From Mustelus asterias (taxonomy: Eukaryota), in assembly GCF_964213995.1 (NCBI RefSeq), contig NC_135830.1, positions 8,246,001 to 8,310,000 on the forward strand: 64,000 nt of DNA, written 5' to 3'. The notes below the pieces were generated by a model that was not told where the DNA came from, did not search any database, and worked only from the letters and a program-made list of their open reading frames with translations. Shown here one piece after another: positions 47,583 through 60,295 of the stretch. Within the stretch, counting starts at the first letter, position 1; each line of letters starts with the position of its first letter. A program made the translations under genes and the position numbers.

Positions 47583-49355
47583 ACTATCAAATGCATTTTG
47601 TAGAGAAGTAATAACTGAGACAGTCTCCGTTTTATTATTAGAACCCAATGTAATACAAATCGAGTCACACGTCAGTTTAATAGTGAATTAAATAGAGCCG
47701 AACACCATAATAACCGAGAAGGAGCCTAATGGAACATAATGGACACTTTATGCAGATAAACAACACTGGAGAAATGAAAACTCGTAGTTTATCTCGCGGC
47801 ATTTCCACGTGTATTAATAAGTGAAACTGCATAGAATGTAATGTGAATAGATACAATGTCTGTGACAATAATCTCTCAGAAGGAGTCAAATGTAGTATAT
47901 AAAGAGGCATGGCCTAGTGCATGACTGGATGCGACTCCACCTAAAGTAATCAGTGTCTAACGTAGCAATAACCGAGAAAGGATTAATTGGGGCACAGATA
48001 GAAGCAAGGCACTGTGCATTAATAAACTAAACTTCAGATCGCGTTATGAACATACGTACAGTGTTGGAAGAAAGATAAAATGAATCATGTCTAGTCCAGT
48101 CATAACTGAAACAATTCATATGCAATAAAACGATTGCATGGTTAAATGCAGTAATAATTGAAGTATTCAAACTCAGTAATTGAGTGTAATCAAACTAAAC
48201 TCAATGTGCAGTGAAATATAAACGCACACATGGCCGCACTATAGCAAGTGTGGGGCGGCATAGTGGTACAGTGCTTAGCACGGCTGCCTCACAGCACCAG
48301 CGACCTGGTTTCGTTTCCTGGCTTAGGTTCTCCCTCTGTCTATATGGATTTGCCTCCGGGTGCTCCGGTTTCCTCCCACAGTCCAAAAGATGTGCTGGTT
48401 CTGTGCATTTTCCATGCTAACCTCTCCCGCAGTGTACCCGAACAAGTGCCAGATAGTGGCGACTGGGGGATTTTCACAATAACTCAATTGCAGTGTTAAT
48501 GTAAGCCTACTTGAGACTCTAATAAATAAATAAAAACGTAAAAAAAGTTCAGTTGTAGGTTCCACGGAATCATAGCGTAATTCAGTAAAAACAGTATACG
48601 ATCTGATGTTACGAAACCTGAGAGGATCAGTTGCCGTGGTGACAGAGAAAGACTTGGTACAGTAATACCGCTCCAATAATACTCAAAGATTGCTGAGTGT
48701 TTCTGGCATGTTTTTTTTTTTCAGATCCCATGCATCTGCAGTATCATGTTTTTGCGCAACCAGACATTGGATGAATAAAAGGATGGTCAATAAAGGGACA
48801 GTTTTATGGATTGGGTTAAATGAGGAAAGTGAGATAAAGAGATGTAGTGAGGGAATAATAGAGTTTAAGGACTAGGTAGGTGAAGGCATCACAAACTGAA
48901 CGAGATGAGCGCTTTCTGATCGTATGGACATTTATCCTATCGTTCCAGCAGGACTCATCCAGCCAATTGGAGAGAATCCCATTACACTCCTGACTTGTAA
49001 CTTGTGGATGTTGGACAGGTTTTGGGGAGTCAGGAAGTGAGTTATTCGCCACAGGATGCTTATCAGGTGTTTTGATAATCTAGCGGAACAATAATTTGGC
49101 AATCCAGCATCCAGCGACTGCTCAGTGGTATTCGCCAACGTGTTTAAAATGGGCGATTCAGCGTTGGTAAAGCCATTGAATGTCAAGGGACAATTATAAG
49201 AACTTTTCTTGTTGGAGATGTCGTTGCATGTCACTTGTGTGGCGCAAAACGGTATTAATAATCATCAATTCAGAAAGAGAGAAAGTTATATTGACCAATG
49301 CCGATAAATTCAATAGATTACTGTACTTTAGATTACTATAGCATACTACATGCTA

Positions 49356-49480
49356 TAATTACCATAATTTACAAAAATAAATAATTGTTTTCACTAATTA
49401 TCATCAGTTCACAAACATGAATAATTATTTCACCAATTACCATCAATTCACAAAGATAAATAATTATTTCACCAATTATT
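49356..49480. repeat. AT-rich tandem repeat, about 39 bp x 3
   Basis: AATAATTATTTCACCAATTACCATCAATTCACAAA-like unit. Confidence 0.75.
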
Positions 49481-50274
49481 TTCAGAATTTTATTATATAC
49501 GAAATGCAGTGGTTTATTTAATGCAATTTTTTGAGATTGAAATGCATTGAGATCACTTTGGCATTTCTGTCACCAAGGAATTAATTCTGTCCCAGAACTC
49601 GGTGAGAAATGGAATTAATTCAGACCGAGGACAATGACCAGCTACTCGGCAGCCTCTGCGCTTTATTGGCAAGTAATACCCTCGCCATCAGACAGAAACT
49701 CCTGATATATAACTGGAGCGTGTGATCATTTTGAAAGTGACAGGATGAGTGGAAAAAAAAACCTGTACATTAGACTAGGTTGTTGATTCTTAAAATCCCG
49801 ACTAATTGTTAAACTATTTGGGAATGTTTCTATTGCCACTGAGGGTATGCTCAATGATTTGTTGCACATGAAAGGACCACAAGTTCCAAATATATGCCCT
49901 CCTTAACCTAATCATTTTCCCTTATTTTTATCTTGGAAATGAATATTTTCATTATCAGTAAAGAACCATCAGTCCCGCCGAAAAATCTCCTCCATCTCTT
50001 AATGAATGCTAGCTCCCGATAACCTAGGGATGGATTTCACCCAGAAAAAACTGGATGAGTGGAAGGTATTAAACAGACACAAATAGAATAAAGGAGCTGC
50101 TTCAACTTATGAGGTAGTCAAGTACAAATATGGGAATGTAGAACACCATCTTTCAGGGACATCTACCGACGCATCCATCAATTAATTCACTGATTTCTCA
50201 ATTCAGGTTTTCAGGCACCCAACTATCATTCATTCCTGCATCAACGCAATCATCCGTTTATTTTTTTGGGTTGA

Positions 50275-50605
50275 TGGTGGCGTAATATTAATGCCATTGG
50301 ACGTAATCCAGAGGCTCAGATCAATGATGTGGGGATAGGGGTTTAAATCCGACAGTGGCAGCTGGTGAGATTGAAATGAAACAATCTGGAAGATATACCG
50401 ATGGTGACCAGGGAATCCTCTCTCATTCCCCAATGTAGAAAATCCGCCATCCCTACCTGCTCTCACCAAGGTGTGACTCCAGACGGACCACAATATGGCT
50501 GACCCTTCAATGTCTTATGAGATGCCGTAGCAAAGCGCTCAATTCATGAACAGTTAGGGGCGGGAAAGGAATATTGGTCTTGACAGTGATCCCACAGCCC
50601 CTGAA
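50275..50605 (+). mobile_element. SacSINE1-like SINE
   Basis: GGTGGCGTAAT...TAATCCAGAGGC...GGTTTAAATCC...GTGACTCCAGAC. Confidence 0.65.
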
Positions 50606-50659
50606 AACAAAGGGAGAAAAAAAACCCAAATATGCATGTTTACGCATTACAACAGCTAT

Positions 50660-52122
50660 AGAAAACCTTGTGTAGGCCGTACTTGGAGTACTGCCTGGAG
50701 TTCTGGTCACCACACTACTAGAAGGACGTGGAAGCTTTGAAGAGAGTGCAACGAAATTTCATCACGATGTTGCCTGGTCTCGAGGGTGTTGCCTATGAGC
50801 GGAGGTTGAATAAACTGGGATTGTTTCCGAGGAAAATGCAACTGGTTTGATCAGTAAGTTTGCTGATAACACAAAGGTTGGTGGATTTGCAGGTCGTGAT
50901 TAGGACGTTGAGAGGATACAGCAGGACATGAATCTGTTGGAGACTTAGGCGGAGAGATGCAAGCTAGAGTTTACTCCGGACAAATATGAGATAATGCATC
51001 AAGAAGGCATACAGCATGCTTACCTTCATCGGTCGGGCCATTGAGTTTAAAAATTGGCTAGTCATGTATAAAAAAATCCAAGTTTATAATAACCTGTGCT
51101 CATAGCCAACACCATCGAGACCAGGCATGTTGCAGCTTTATAGAACCTGAGTTAGGCTGGATTTGGAATATAGTGTTCAATGCTGGTCACCACACTACCA
51201 GAAGGATGTGGAGGCTTTGGACAGTGTACAGAATAGATTTAACAAGATGTTGCATGGTATGGAGGGCATTAGCGATGCTGACAGGTTGGAGAAACTTGGT
51301 TTGTTCTCACTGGAACGACGGAGGTTGAAGGGCGATCTCATAGATGTCTACCAGATTACGAGGGGCGTGGACAGAGTGGATAGTCAGAAGCTTTTTCGCA
51401 GGGTGGAAGAGTCAGTCACTGGAGGTCATAGGTTTGATGTGCGAGGGGCAAGGTTTAAAGGCGATGGACCGGGCAACTGTTTTACACAGAGGGTGTTGGG
51501 TGCCTGGAACTCGCTGATAGGGGAGGTCGTGGAAGCAGATACGACAGGGGCGCCTTGACAAATGCATGAATAGGATGGGAATAGAAAGATACGATCCCCG
51601 GAAGGGGGTGTTTCAGTTCAGTCTGGCAGTATGGTCGGTGCAGGCTTGGAGGGCCGAAGGGCCTGTTCCTGTGCTGCAATTTTCATTGTTCTTTGTTCTT
51701 TGTTTTCACTGGAAAGACGGAGGCTGAGGGGAGACCTGATAGTGGTGTACAAACCTTTGAGAGACATAGACATGATGGATAGTCAGAGGCTGTTTCAAAG
51801 GATGGTAGTGTCAATTACAAGGGGGCACAGGCTCAAGGTGTAAGGGTGAAAATTTATGGGAGGAATGCACGGAAAGTTTTTCAGGCAGAAAGTGCTGGGT
51901 GCCTGGAACCCGCTACCAGAGCAGGTGGTGGAAGCAGGCACATTCGCATCATTTAAGAGGTAACTGCGTGGGTACATGAATATGGAGGAAATAGAGGGGT
52001 ACAGACCAAGTAAGAGCAGAAAGTTTCTTCTTTTGTTTTTTTGGGACATTATAATCGGCACAGGCTTGGAGGGCCAAAAGGCCTGCTCCTGTACTGCAAT
52101 TTTCTTTATTCTTTGTTCTTTT
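50660..52122 (+). mobile_element. Stacked CR1 3' fragments (two complete tails in tandem)
   Basis: Repeated WSPHY.KDVEAL and RGDL..VY motifs; two GGAGGGCC.AA.GGCCTG tails. Confidence 0.85.
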
Positions 52123-52314
52123 TCTTTAACATCAGTCCTCTCTTTGAGTCATCTCTCACAGTCTACCTGTATTTCTTTTCAACCAACCATCGCAATGTCC
52201 TGATGTGTTGGTGAGATCATCATTGTTGCTAACAATGTGCCAGAGAACCTGGTTAACTTTCCTGTCCTGAGAAATGGGAACAGTTTAAAAAAGTTTACAA
52301 CTTGATAAAAGTAA

Positions 52315-52655
52315 CACAGTGGTTAGCATAGTGGTTAGCACTGCTGCTTCACAGCTCCAGGGACCTGGGTTCGATTCCCGGCTTGGGTCACTGTCTGTGT
52401 GGAGTTTGCACATTCTCCTCGTGTCTGCGTGGGTTTCCTCCGGGTGCTCCGGTTTCCTCCCATAGTCCAAAGATGTGCGGGTTAGGTTGATTGGCCACGC
52501 TAAAATTGCCCCTTAGTGTCCTGAGATGCGTAGGTTAGAGGGATTAGTGGGTAAAATATGTAGGGATATGAGGTAGGGCCTGGGTGGGATTGTGGTCGGT
52601 GCAGACTCGATGGGCCGAATGGCCTCTTGCTGTACTGTAGGGATTCTATGATTCT
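52315..52655 (+). mobile_element. HE1 SINE, full length, young
   Basis: Perfect B box GGTTCGATTCC, V-domain, tail GTAGGGATTCTATGATTCT. Confidence 0.9.
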
Positions 52656-53230
52656 AAATTGCCTCCAGTCTTGTTGCTAGGTAGATTTGTTTATGAATAT
52701 TCCTCATTGACACTGTTAAGAATTTGACGTTTGCACCCAACATTCTCTGCCTGAAAAACTTCCCCCACACATCTCCCTTAGACTTTACAGACAAGCGGTC
52801 AGTACTGAGGAAACAAATCTTTGATTTGCAAGTATAAACACCACCAGATGTTTCCTGTGAATAACTTTGGGCGTTTGGCAACCGGCTGGATTGCTGCTAA
52901 ATGCTGTGTGGGGCAGATGAGCGTGAATTGAATTGACCCTGCATTGTTGCAAAATAGACGGATGGTCTCTTTATTCTCTGAAAACGTAATTCAGTTTAGT
53001 TTTATCTGCTTGCTAAAGGGTGCGGAAATTAAATAATTACATTTACAATAGAATCAGCGTTTTTAAAGCAGAGACGATGAACTGCAATATCACCATTAGA
53101 AATGGGACATTACAGTGAATCTATTCAGTCAAACCAATTTCCCTATACCAATAAAAGGTCAATTTTAATAACAATGCATTGTAAATGTCAGAGTCCATTC
53201 TGTTGGGCGCATGGAAGATGGGACGTGGAT

Positions 53231-53297
53231 CCAATCGCCGCCTCCACCAGGGAATCAAAAGGCTGGAAAGTCGCGCCCTTCAGCCGGGTATTTAAAT
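53231..53297 (+). promoter_or_regulatory. IgH V promoter (CCAAT and TATA-like TATTTAAA)
   Basis: CCAAT at 53231 and TATTTAAAT at 53289, about 100 bp upstream of the VH leader ATG; no perfect octamer seen. Confidence 0.5.
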
Positions 53298-53387
53298 GCC
53301 GCTCACTGGGACCGGAATACAACAGTCCGGGAGCTGGTTTGTTCACTGAGTTCCTGACACAACCATTTCCCCCTAATGACCAGAAGG

Positions 53388-53602
53388 ATGAGGTCGACGA
53401 TATCTCTCAGTTTGTTGCTGACTTTCTTATCCGGTGAGCAGATTTATTGTCCAAGCCTCTCACTGTTACTGTCTCATTGTTATTTTATCTATGGAATGTT
53501 GCAGAGTCAGCAATCATTTCACCAGGGTTAATCCTCGTGTTTTTTGATATATTTGTACAGGTGTCCACTCGGAGATTATGTTCGCTCAGCCAAAGGCAGA
53601 GA
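53388..53602 (+). pseudogene. IGHV: IgM VH leader exon plus truncated VH exon
   Basis: 53388-53433 MRSTISLSLLLTFLS G|gtgag; acceptor tacAG at 53560; GVHSEIMFAQPKAE (shark VH start GVQSE..LTQPEAE), then breaks off. Confidence 0.88.
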
Positions 53603-54034
53603 GGCATCGCTGAGAAGAAACTGATAGCCACGTTCCGCACACACCAGGACGGCCTCAACCGGGATATTGGGTTCATGTCACACTATTTGTAACCCGCACA
53701 GTTGCCTCGACCTGCAGAGTTTCACTGGCTGTCTTGTCTGGAGACAATACACATCTTTTTAGCCTGTCTTGATGCTCTCTCCACTCACATTGTTTTGTTT
53801 CTTAAAGACTTGATCAGTTGTAAGTATTCGCATTCCAACCATTATTCATGTAAATTGAGTTTGTGTCTTTATATGCTCTGTTTGTGAACAGAATTCCCAC
53901 TCACCTGAAGAAGGGGCTTAGAGCTCCGAAAGCTTGTGTGGCTTTTGCTACCAAATAAACCTGTTGGACTTTAACCTGGTGTTGTTAAACTTCTTACTGT
54001 GTTTACCCCAGTCCAACGCCGGCATCTCCACATC
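53603..54034 (+). mobile_element. Penelope-like element 3' end (GIY-YIG C-terminus, terminal repeat, hammerhead)
   Basis: IAEKKLIATFRTHQDGLNRDIGFMSHYL-stop; terminal repeat AAATAAACCTGTTGGACTTTAACCTGGTGTTG...CCCAGTCCAACGCCGGCATCTCCACATC. Confidence 0.8.
53902..53938 (+). ncRNA. Minimal type I hammerhead ribozyme (Penelope type)
   Basis: CAC-CUGAAGA-A-GGGGCU(UAG)AGCUCC-GAAA-GC-UU-GUG: both catalytic boxes, stem II, stem I CAC/GUG and palindromic stem III. Confidence 0.7.
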
Positions 54035-54308
54035 ACGTTCTCTTTTAATCCAATGAATATATGTCATTCAGATAACAGCAGAATGTATTCTTATTATGCC
54101 GGGATAGAAACGGAGAAAGATATGTGAGTTTCTATAGGGGACAATCAGTGCAGAAACCTAAACGATAGAAATAGTAGAATATCAAATTGAAATTTGAAAA
54201 CGAAGCTGTGAAGATAGGATCATAATTGTAGTCGAATTATTAATTCCTTGATTTCTTATTGAACAGAATAACAGAGTGTAATTTGTTCAATCGGTCATTC
54301 TTTGCTCG

Positions 54309-54606
54309 CACCGCCATCTCCGCCTACTCTCTACAGCCTGGTCTCCTGTCAGCAACGCAAGTCCGACGGCTCCATCACCTATGGCTGTTTGGCGATGGGC
54401 TACTCTCCAGAAATCACCAGCCTGACCTGGAAGAAAGAAGGGCAGCCGATCACCACTGGATTTAAGACTTACCCATCAGTCAGAAACCATGATGGGAACC
54501 TCCTCCCTGAGCAGCAAGTTAACCATCACTGAGTCAGGGGGAGCATGCAGCAAAATTAACTGTGAGGTTCGACACAGCGGATCAGACCATAGCATTGAAA
54601 TGCAAT
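54309..54606 (+). pseudogene. IGHM: IgM Cmu1 exon (acceptor lost, frameshifted)
   Basis: [15 protein letters not shown]...[22 protein letters not shown]; +1 frameshift near 54495; continues [15 protein letters not shown]; donor gtaagt; acceptor reads CG, not AG. Confidence 0.9.
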
Positions 54607-54816
54607 GTAAGTATTGAGGATCCTGGGAAGAACAGAAACACTGTTATTAAACTGTATAGAGCCTTGGTTATAACACATATATAGAAATCTCTAGTCCTAC
54701 TCCATGAAAAAAACTACTCTGGTGTCGCCTGACGGCAAATAAATTGTCAAAATATAAGTAATTTTATTTGTTATCAAAACATTCTACAAGAAATGACTAA
54801 CATGTGTTTCTTGAAG

Positions 54817-55128
54817 GTCCGACAGATGACATCCCTCCAACCGTTATGCTCACCGTGAGCTCCAGTGAAGAAATCACAAGCAGCAAAGTTGCAACCATCG
54901 ACTGTTCAATCGTCGGTTTCTATCCAAAGTCAGTGGCGGTGAAATGGCTGAAGAATGGACAACCCATGGATTCAGGAATTATCACCTCTCCCACCTGCAA
55001 AGTGAACGGGAACTCCTCGGCGAGCATGCGGCTGACAGTCTCCGCTCAATGGTTCAGCAAAGCGGTTTACACCTGCCAGGTCACTCATCAAGAACTCACC
55101 CAAATTCGGAACATCACCAGCTCTTTGG
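54817..55128 (+). pseudogene. IGHM: IgM Cmu2 exon (open, AG/GT intact)
   Basis: [34 protein letters not shown]...VYTCQVTH; 312 nt, phase 1/1. Confidence 0.92.
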
Positions 55129-55735
55129 GTAAGAGGCACCGACCATCAACCAATAAATCATTGTGCAGTCCGATGTTAATGAACATCAGGAATTCATTGA
55201 AGTTAATCCAAAGCACAGGACAACTTCTAATTTACTGCCATGTATTTCATTCTGATTTAAGAACTGCATTCGGATTGTTCAACATTTAGGATTTTATCTG
55301 AACAGGAAATAATGTTTCCCTCTACTTTGATATCATATAGTGTGTAAGGTGGACTTGACGTCAGCTTTGGCCTGAGGCATCTCAGAATATTTAGAGAGAA
55401 AGAGAGAGTGTGCCTGACATCATTTTTCAGGTAACAGATTCAGGATAAAGAGTTGAAAAGTGTATCCCGTCTATTCAGTGTGTTTTCCTGAGATCAGGAA
55501 TTGTATATTTGTATTGGGAATGGTGCAATGTTTATTCATTAGAATGAACGAGTTTAACGATGAGAATAGTTTTCACAGGCCAAGCTGATATTCCATTGTC
55601 TATAGAAGATAAAAGGCGACAATTAGAGTTTGATATCTGGAAGTTGATTTATTCCCATTTAGAGAATGAAGGCTGAATAATTCTGTTATGATTCTGAAGA
55701 GGGAACTGGGGTTGAATTTCAGTATCTATTCACAG

Positions 55736-56044
55736 ATTGTTCCCACTGTACTCAGTCCACAGTGACAATACTGCCACCGCGAATGGAACAGGTGTTACTG
55801 GAGGCGACTGTAACATCAACCTGCGTCATTTCTGATTCTCCTTATGGAGTCAGCGTGTCCTGGATCCCAGAAAAGAAGACTTTGAAAGCAGAGATTGCCG
55901 AAAAGCCTGGAGAGGATCCTGACAGCGTGCTCAGCAATTTAAACATCTCGACACAAGCCTGGCTGAGTGGGGCTGTGTTTGATTGCGTGGTGAGCCATCA
56001 GGATCTGCCGACTCCTTTCAGAAATTCCATCCACAAGAAAGAAG
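55736..56044 (+). pseudogene. IGHM: IgM Cmu3 exon (open, AG/GT intact)
   Basis: [25 protein letters not shown]...[20 protein letters not shown]; 309 nt, phase 1/1. Confidence 0.92.
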
Positions 56045-57359
56045 GTGAGTGGAGAGTCATTGTGCCTACTTCCAGTGTAAGTGTCAAGGTGAATATTTAA
56101 TATTCGGTGCATTTCAGGTCTACCAGAATTGGTAATTCCACTAACTAATCACTCTGGGACTGTAGAATTTGTATTGAGGAAATTGAGAAGTAGATGAAAG
56201 AAAATGAACTGAAGGGGTTTTTTTTACATAAAAACTTCCTTGTAAAAAATGACTTTCAACATTTTTTCCCCAAACTTCCTGCAAGTTTACTCTCTCTGGA
56301 AGATTTTTGTTCAATTTTGGGTTTAGGTGGAGTAAGACCATGCACCAGACAACGTAAGAGCAGAAGTAAGCCACTTGGTCCTAGACAAGCCCATTCTGGC
56401 ATGCAGGAAAATCCTGGTTGATCTGACATTGTAATACTCCATTCTACTTTCCCGCCTTATCCCCATAACCCTTGATTCCCTGACTGATTACAAACATGTC
56501 CATATCAGCCTTGAAAATACTTAACGACCCAGCCTCTGCAGCCCTCTGCGATAAATACTTCCTTAGATTCGCTACCATCTGAGAGAGGAAATTCGTCCTC
56601 ATCTCTCTCAACAATGGGCGACCCTTTCTCTGAGATTATACACTCAGCTCCTGGACTCTGCCACAAGAGGCAAAAAAACAGTAAGAGGGTTGTTCCTCTG
56701 ATCGAAGGAAAGATATACTGGCATTGGAAACAGTCAAAAGAAAGTCCACTAAGTTCATCACGGGTAAGGAAGGATTTTCTTATGATGAGAGGAGAGATAC
56801 GTTTGTCCTGTGCTTATTGGACCTTACTGAGACATGTAGGACTCTCGGGAGTCTTGACACGGTAGATGCTGATAGGTCTCCATTTTCATCTTTTTGATCT
56901 GTCCAGTTTCCCAGCTCGGAGCGGAGATGGATACACTTTTCTCTGGGAAATTAATGGGTTGGATTAGGAAGTTTCAGTAATTTACAGCACAGAAACAGGT
57001 CATTTGACCCTACTGCTCTATTTTTAACCTCCGTACCAGACTCTTCTCATCTTCTCCCAGAGGTTCAAGGGAAACAAATAAATGTAATGTACTTGGATTT
57101 CCCAAAGCCTTCAATAAGGAACTGCACTGAAGGCAATTTAATAAGAAAAAAAACCCTTAGTGCTGGTGGTAGTATATCAGCATGGATAGACAATTGGCTA
57201 ACTAACAGAAGACAGAGAGTCTGGATCAGGGTAACATTTCAGGCTGGTAAACTTTAACCAGCGGAGTGCCACCGGTACTATTTCTCTAACATCTGGCTCG
57301 CCGTTTCATTGTGTCCGGAATTCTCCAGTTTATTGACATTTATTCTACATTTTCGGCAG

Positions 57360-57751
57360 ATCCACATCTGTGGGAACCGTCCGTCTCTGTCCTCCTGCCC
57401 TCTGCAGAAGAAGTCTCCGCTCAGAGATTCGTCTCCCTCAGCTACTCAGTGAGACGTTTCTCTCCCCGAGAGATCTTCGTCAAGTAGACCGTCAACGACA
57501 AGCCACTGAATCCTGGGAACTAGAGGAACACCGAGGTGATGGCGAAGATCGGCAATAGCTCCTTCTTCATTTACAGTCTGTTATCCATTGCAACGGAGGA
57601 GTGGGCTAGCGGCGCTTCTTACTCCTGTGTGGTGGGACATGAAGCCATCCCCTTGAAGATCATCAACAGAACGGTTGATAAATCCAGCGATATACCCAGT
57701 TTTGTGAACATTTTCCTTGCACTGATGGACACCGTCAACTCATGTCAATGA
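57360..57751 (+). pseudogene. IGHM: IgM Cmu4 plus secretory tailpiece (two stops)
   Basis: [23 protein letters not shown](C>Y); TAG at 57485 and 57521; [40 protein letters not shown]; internal TM donor GT changed to AT; AATAAA at 57779. Confidence 0.93.
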
Positions 57752-58964
57752 GAATCAAACAGTTGCATTCAAAACTTCAATAAAATAATAAATGACGAAT
57801 GAAAATACCCAATCACTGACCTGATTGTTTTCCATTCTTACTTCCGTTTGATCTCTTTGACTTACATCTGATATTCAGAGAGTGTCGGATCCGTCTTGTG
57901 GAACCAAAGCTCCCACCTCAGATACATCCTGACTTACAGATAGACTGGAGATCATTCATCACAGGATACTGAGATATAACTTCACCAACCTTCCTCCCGC
58001 TGAGCAGAAATCTGACGATTTCCCATTTCTGATGAACAAACACAGCACATTTAGATCTCTGTGTTCCTGTTTCTTTCTTTGTCCATCTCTTTAACCTTGA
58101 CGTCAGCTTGAAGCTGTTGCACCACACCCACTGGGAACTGAAGCGAGGGTCACAAAGAAACATGGAAGAACAAGCCCCCATCAGAGAGAATGGCAGGGAG
58201 TGAAATGATTAACACACTGGACTCCTACTCACCCAACAAAGAGAGGGGAGGGGCATTAGTTTACTCACTGTCCCCCCACTCTCACAAAAAAGAGATGGGA
58301 GCGACATTAGTTAGCCCCATGTACCACCATAAAACAAATACAGAGAGGGCGTTGGGGCATTATTTATCCAACTATACTCCCACTTTCTCAATGAAAAGAT
58401 GAGAACGTTATTATTCAGCCAACTGCACCTCAACAGATGGAGCCAAAAGTAAAAATTGCTCCATCACTGAGAACGGGAAGCGATGACTTCACTATCCTTC
58501 CTCTCCCCAAGCAGGGAGTTTTAGAAAGGAAGAGCTGCCTAATGTAAGGATTCAGTTGCCAACTGAAGATATTGACTTCTGGTTTACTTGCCGCAGATTT
58601 TGAAATCTCATCATGCTAATCTTTTTACTGAATATGCATTTATGCAACATACTTTTAATGTGTTTTAACTCTCTTGTTCCTATTAATCATTTGCTGCCTT
58701 TGATACATCATATTCCAAATTTAAACCAATGATTGAATCCTCCCTGGTTTTCACTGTTCTGTCCTGGAGTTTTCTGAGATGCAAAAATGAATTATTTCAT
58801 TCGGTCAGCTGATGTCACCTTGTCACTCACATGCAAGAAAATTATACACCAAACATTGAAAATATGCTGCATAATTCGTATTGTCAGGTTAATGATTGCC
58901 GGTGAAACTTGGAATACCAGTTAAAAAATACACATAGTGACAATACTGCAGAAAACTGACACAA

Positions 58965-59915
58965 TTACAAGTACACATATAGACATACACATCCACACAC
59001 ATCAACACAAATGCACAAATACAAACACAAATACACATACTCACATTTATGCTCACAAATGCACAGACACGCAAATGTGTACGCATAGACACACATGCAT
59101 ACACCACACAATCACGTATATCCATATGCACATTTATGGATAACACATACAAATACAGACAAACAAATATAGACACAGAAGCACATGTTTGCACAACGCA
59201 CGCACACATACACAAAATGCATACATAAATATGCACAAACGCATTCGCCCACAAAAACACGCACAACACAGGCACCACTGAACACACATACAGAGGAGCA
59301 ATGGCAGTCACACCAACACACCCATACACGCAGATTTAAAAACACAGATTGACATACCCACAAATAAACACATACGAAATTATGCAGATGCACAAATACA
59401 CACATGGGCACACACAAATACACAAATGCTCAAACAGGCACAAAAACAAATACATACACACAAGCAATCAAATTAAATAATCACACACAAACCCGCACAC
59501 ACATACACATACAAACATGCAAGTGCACGCATACATGCACATACACGAATATTTACACAGACCCACACACATAAAACATACATACATATACACAAATAAG
59601 GACAGACACATACACACGTGCAGAGCCACATAAATCTGCGAACACACATACACTGAAACAAATACATATATATTAGCACACGTTAATGCTGAGAGGAATA
59701 CAGATATAAAGACAAACAATACCACACACATTAACACACATAGCACATTATAATCACATATAAGCACATTAGCAGATTATACACAGGCACATAGATGAAC
59801 AGAGAGCAAAACATTCACATGAAAATATGCAGACGTAAGCATTAACATGCTCATACAGAGCAGAACACCACTACACGCATTAGTGCACATGGAGACACAA
59901 ACACATATCAACACA
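58965..59915. repeat. CA-rich low-complexity tract
   Basis: Degenerate (CA)n/(CATA)n; source of the Cys/Val ORFs. Confidence 0.92.
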
Positions 59916-59929
59916 TAGGGTCATCGAGT

Positions 59930-60295
59930 CATAGAGGATTACAGCATGGAAACAGGCCCTTCGGCCCAACTTATCCATGCCGCCCTTTTTTTTAAACCCC
60001 GAAGCTCATCCCAATTGCCCGCATTTGGCCCATATCCCTCTATACCCATCATACCCATGTAACTATCTAAATGCTTTTTAAAAGACAAAATTGTACCCGC
60101 TTCTGTTACTTCTGGCAGCTTGTTCCAGACACTCACCACACTCTGTGTGAACAAATTTCTCCTCTGAACACTTTTGTATCTCTCCCCTCTCACCTTAAAC
60201 CTATGCCTTCCAGTTTTAGACTCCCCTACCTTTGGGAAAATATATTGATTATCTAGCTGATCTATGTCCCTTATTATTTTATAGACCTCTATGAG
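59930..60295 (-). mobile_element. CR1 tail (further CR1 pieces at about 56350-57275)
   Basis: DLIEVYKI..GRHRFKVRG..VWNKLP. Confidence 0.85.

Noticed and set aside
52315-52400. tRNA-like heads of HE1 SINEs as tRNA genes
   Set aside because: They continue into the SINE V-domain and LINE-derived tail
58889-59767. Cys/Val-rich hydrophobic ORFs
   Set aside because: CA/TG low-complexity sequence
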